DNA of 64,000 nt. Origin: Yuukianura sp. NJ FZ-2021 (Eukaryota). Under the pieces are notes generated by a model, which saw nothing but the letters and a program-made list of their open reading frames with translations, had not been told where the DNA came from and did not search any database. The stretch is from contig CM102289.1 in assembly GCA_046563655.1 (NCBI GenBank), positions 7,812,001 through 7,876,000 on the forward strand. The letters are read 5' to 3'. Of this stretch, positions 60,651 through 64,000 are shown piece after piece. Positions within the stretch are counted from its first letter, which is position 1, and every line of letters starts with the position of its first letter. Position numbers and translations under genes: made by a program.

Positions 60651-60773
60651 ACCACATCCATCAGGCCGCCTTGACCTTGGCTGGTTAGCATAATCTTAAC
60701 TTGGAGGTGTGAAAAGTGAAAGTTCTGGTAAATATTATCTTAGGTGCAAAGAAAAGCAAACAATAAGTTGAAT

Positions 60774-63069
60774 ATGACGACGCCACTTCATGGACCAAAG
60801 GCTGCCACCGCTGTTGTCCCTCCCACGCCAACCAAGCTTGGGTGGAGAGCTTCTTCATACAATACAGAAATTGAAGTGTGTATTGTCCTCAGGTGAGTTA
60901 AAAAATTTCGACTTTCTTCAAAGAAATTTTTTTTGTGAAAATTTTTGGAGTTTTCATCTTCCATTCCCCGGATGGATAGTGAAAGAACTTTCACCATGAA
61001 AACATCCGGAGATTTTTGACATTCCACATTTTGTCAAAAATTTTTGGCAGTAGAAGCAACAAGCTTGTGCACGTTATGCTCCCGCTCACCTATACAATCC
61101 GTGGAATGAAGTTTACTTTTTTCAAAACAAAATTTTTGAAATTTTTGACACGCATAGTTTTGCACTAGCAGTGAATCCAAGGTTATACTAAACTCAAACA
61201 GTTTGCATACAAAGTTGAGGATTTTAGGGTAAAAAAAAGATTAAAAGTTTGTAAAATGAAGTGGATGCGCAAGTTTACAAAGTTTTTGAACATATAATTA
61301 AAAACTAAAGTTGGAAACTTTGCGAACTAAAGTTTGGCGTTGCTAGGTTATGTCAGAACTATTCTAGATTTCCAGATTCCAGCATATCTCTTAATCCTAA
61401 TGAAGGATAAACGTGACTCAACTCTCTAAATCTCTTCCAAAATTACTTCTCTTAAGGTCACGTCGAAAAGCATTATTCATCTCCTTTTGTTTTTGGACTT
61501 CACAATGCTTTTGGTCAGAGTATCTCACTTTGGCATGTTGCAGCCAGTGACTTATCACTAGGTTCGGTTAGGCTTAAGTTAGGATAGATTGAAAACTATC
61601 GAGACTTATTAGTGGTGAAAGTCGCTTTTGAGGTTTCAGTTGTGCGGAAAGACGATAAGCCTCCTAAAGTCGGATCGATTGAGCCAAAGTTCTTACCATT
61701 TCAAGTCAACTTTTGAAAGATTTCTTCAAATCCTTTTCTAAATCTTTCAAAATTAACATGAACCTCCAATTCTTCAGGATTTAAAGAAACATCTTCCTGC
61801 GCAGACTCATTTTATCACGTCCCAGTGGGATTCCGACGTTGGAGTGAAAAACTTATGAAGTTTTTGTGCACCAAATTCATTAATTTGGTTGGCCAATTTT
61901 CTCTTGCAGGAAAAATTTAATAAGGAAGAGGATTTTTTTTGGTTTTCTCTCTCAAATTTTAACGAAGTTAATGGAACACGTCTGACAAGCAATTTTTTGC
62001 CTGTCTGTCAGAAAAATAAACTACGTTACGTCATTTTCACTTTTTTTTTATATAAAATGTGAAAACCATGAAATGGATTTTGGTTACATGCAGACCGGAC
62101 GTGCATGAAGTGTAGCAGAAAACGGGGGTAATGAAGCTTCCTGTGCTAATGACTTGTTTTCATCAAGTTCCACGCTAACAAATACTCAAATGCCAACTTT
62201 CTCCACAACCTTGGTTTTCGCTTCCACTCTAACTAACTTTTGATCGATACGATACAAACTTAGAAAAGTTATGGACTACTTTAGTTTCCTTTATTTTCAG
62301 GCCGAACATTTTTCAAAAATTCCATTTTCAAAAACAAAAAAGTTACAAATTTTGATTTTGAGTGCACTTGGTGCCGATCTAACATATTTTGTGGTTACGG
62401 AAGTTTGTAGACATTGTTTTCTAAAAGTAGAGATCGATGAGATTTTTTTTAAACTCCGAAAGTTTTGTTGTTTTTTTTGGAAGTATTGAAGAATATTTTG
62501 GAACAAAATCAAAGTTATTCTTTTGTATTTTTTGTTTTTCTGAAATTCCGAAGGAGGAAAACGATTTGTCGGGTGCTAAAACCGCTTTTGATTCATTGCC
62601 AAATGTTGATATTGATAAACTCTTAACCGAATTTCGATGATTCTAAGAAGTTGATTAATGGAGCGGTTATTTTTAGAACCGAGATCTCTATAAGGAACAT
62701 AATCGATTAAGACAGGCGCGCTGTTTCATAACTAGAGAGGCGTTCGATTTGTCTTTCTTTGTTCTGTAGAAGAAGTGGTCCTTATACATAAGATGTTGTG
62801 CTCAACCAATACTTGGAATTAAATCTGCTCGAAAAGGTTTTGCCGCCGTTTGTTCTGGACAGATTTATGATCGTCTTTTTCGTTTTTGGTATTTTTTGTG
62901 ATGTTGTAGGGATTTGGACTACTACTTTCGTCAAGAAGCAATCAGAGGATTGAAAAAAGACACAGCCCTCAAGGTCTACGCTTACTGGAAACCTCCAGGA
63001 GCACTTCAGTGGATCCAGAAATGTGTTACCGAGACTGTCTATTACCTCAACTGTCCATTTGTCACCAAG
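60774..63069 (+). CDS. 5' part of a C2-domain protein (copine/INPP4-like C2), continuing beyond the window
   Basis: Exon 60774-60892 (AG|gtgagt, phase 2) joins exon 62910-63069 (ends AAG|gtaacg) in frame, giving TEIEVCIVLRDL...KVYAYWKPPGALQWIQKCVTETVYYLNCPFVTK, which resembles the copine/INPP4 C2 pattern (W....TE.i....nP.F). The frame is also open from an acceptor at 60743, so the true start may lie upstream. Confidence 0.5.
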
Positions 63070-64000
63070 GTAACGAGCTTATTTTTTGCACAAAAGAAGT
63101 GAAAAGTACACACAAATGGATTATATGCCAAAACAAACAACTTATCAAACCGCAGCAGCAGCGCGCTGCGAAAACATAAGCATTTTTCTCAAAAAAAAAT
63201 ATTTCGTAAACTGAAAGCATTTCCACCAAATCGCTTTCTATCCTTTGTGATTTTCAGTATTTTTTGTCTTTTCTCCAAATTGCTACTTTTTTCTTGCGTA
63301 AAAAGCAAGATGATCCGGTTGAATGCTTTTTTATGTGGCTGAGTGGATGCTGAAACTGCAGTTTCGCCAATAGAATGCGAAAAACGAGTCAAAATTCTAA
63401 GAAGGTCGAACGTCAGCTGTATCCATTAAAAAAACAAAAGAAACATTGCTGATGTCTCAAAAACGACAGAAAAGAACAAAGAGAAAGTTTAAACAAAAGA
63501 TAAAATTTCAAATTTTGGTGGAACATACAAAGAAAAGAGTTTGATTCAACAGTTAAAATTTTAATTAAAATTTTGTCACTGCCGATCAAAATTTTCTGAG
63601 CGGATGGAGTATCCTATCAAAAATCAGAAACAAAAGCAACCAAAAATTAAATTAAACTGAGCTATTTTTAGTTTGAATAGTTTAAAAACTTGAGAAAGCA
63701 TAGTTAAAAACTTTTTTTTGAACATTTCTTTCTTGTGAGGAATTTGCAAGCAATCTAGTGAGCATTGGAGATTTTGAAATCGAAATTTTCATTTTAGCAA
63801 TTTCGAAAATCGTCCAATATCAGTTTCATTTTATTTGATATTCAAAGCGTGTCGTCGATTACCTCACAAATGGTACAAATGTTTACACGACAAATTGCAC
63901 TTTTTGCAAACTTTCTCTTTTCTTCTCTCTTATAACATTCGTGACCCAATAACAAAAGTTTTTTGAGTGTAAACAAAAACGCTGTCGATTCCTTTTGCCC

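Overview
AT-rich, gene-dense eukaryotic genomic DNA with short (mostly 55-110 nt) GT-AG introns. The gene content points to an arthropod, plausibly a springtail or other basal hexapod (inference). Gene models below were spliced by hand from the sequence. In order: the 3' tail of an upstream gene; a stefin (type 1 cystatin) with a long N-terminal extension; an HHxxxDG WS/DGAT-like acyltransferase; a UCP2/3-like uncoupling protein; an alkaline ceramidase; a 5-exon Arf/Arl-fold gene with all GTPase motifs degenerate (candidate pseudoGTPase); a small heat shock protein with three tandem alpha-crystallin domains; AIMP2; myosin IE with a Gly-rich secreted-protein gene nested antisense in an intron; an ABRA/Costars protein; PDE8; a PARP16-like gene lacking its TM anchor and preceded by a spliced upstream ORF; and the 5' part of a C2-domain gene. 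There are also several MITE-like inverted repeats and an excess of perfect nuclear-receptor DR1 motifs. The most novel items are the head-to-head pseudo-Arf and triple-ACD sHSP genes. No RNA genes or CRISPR arrays were seen. All homology calls are from motif recognition, not database searches.
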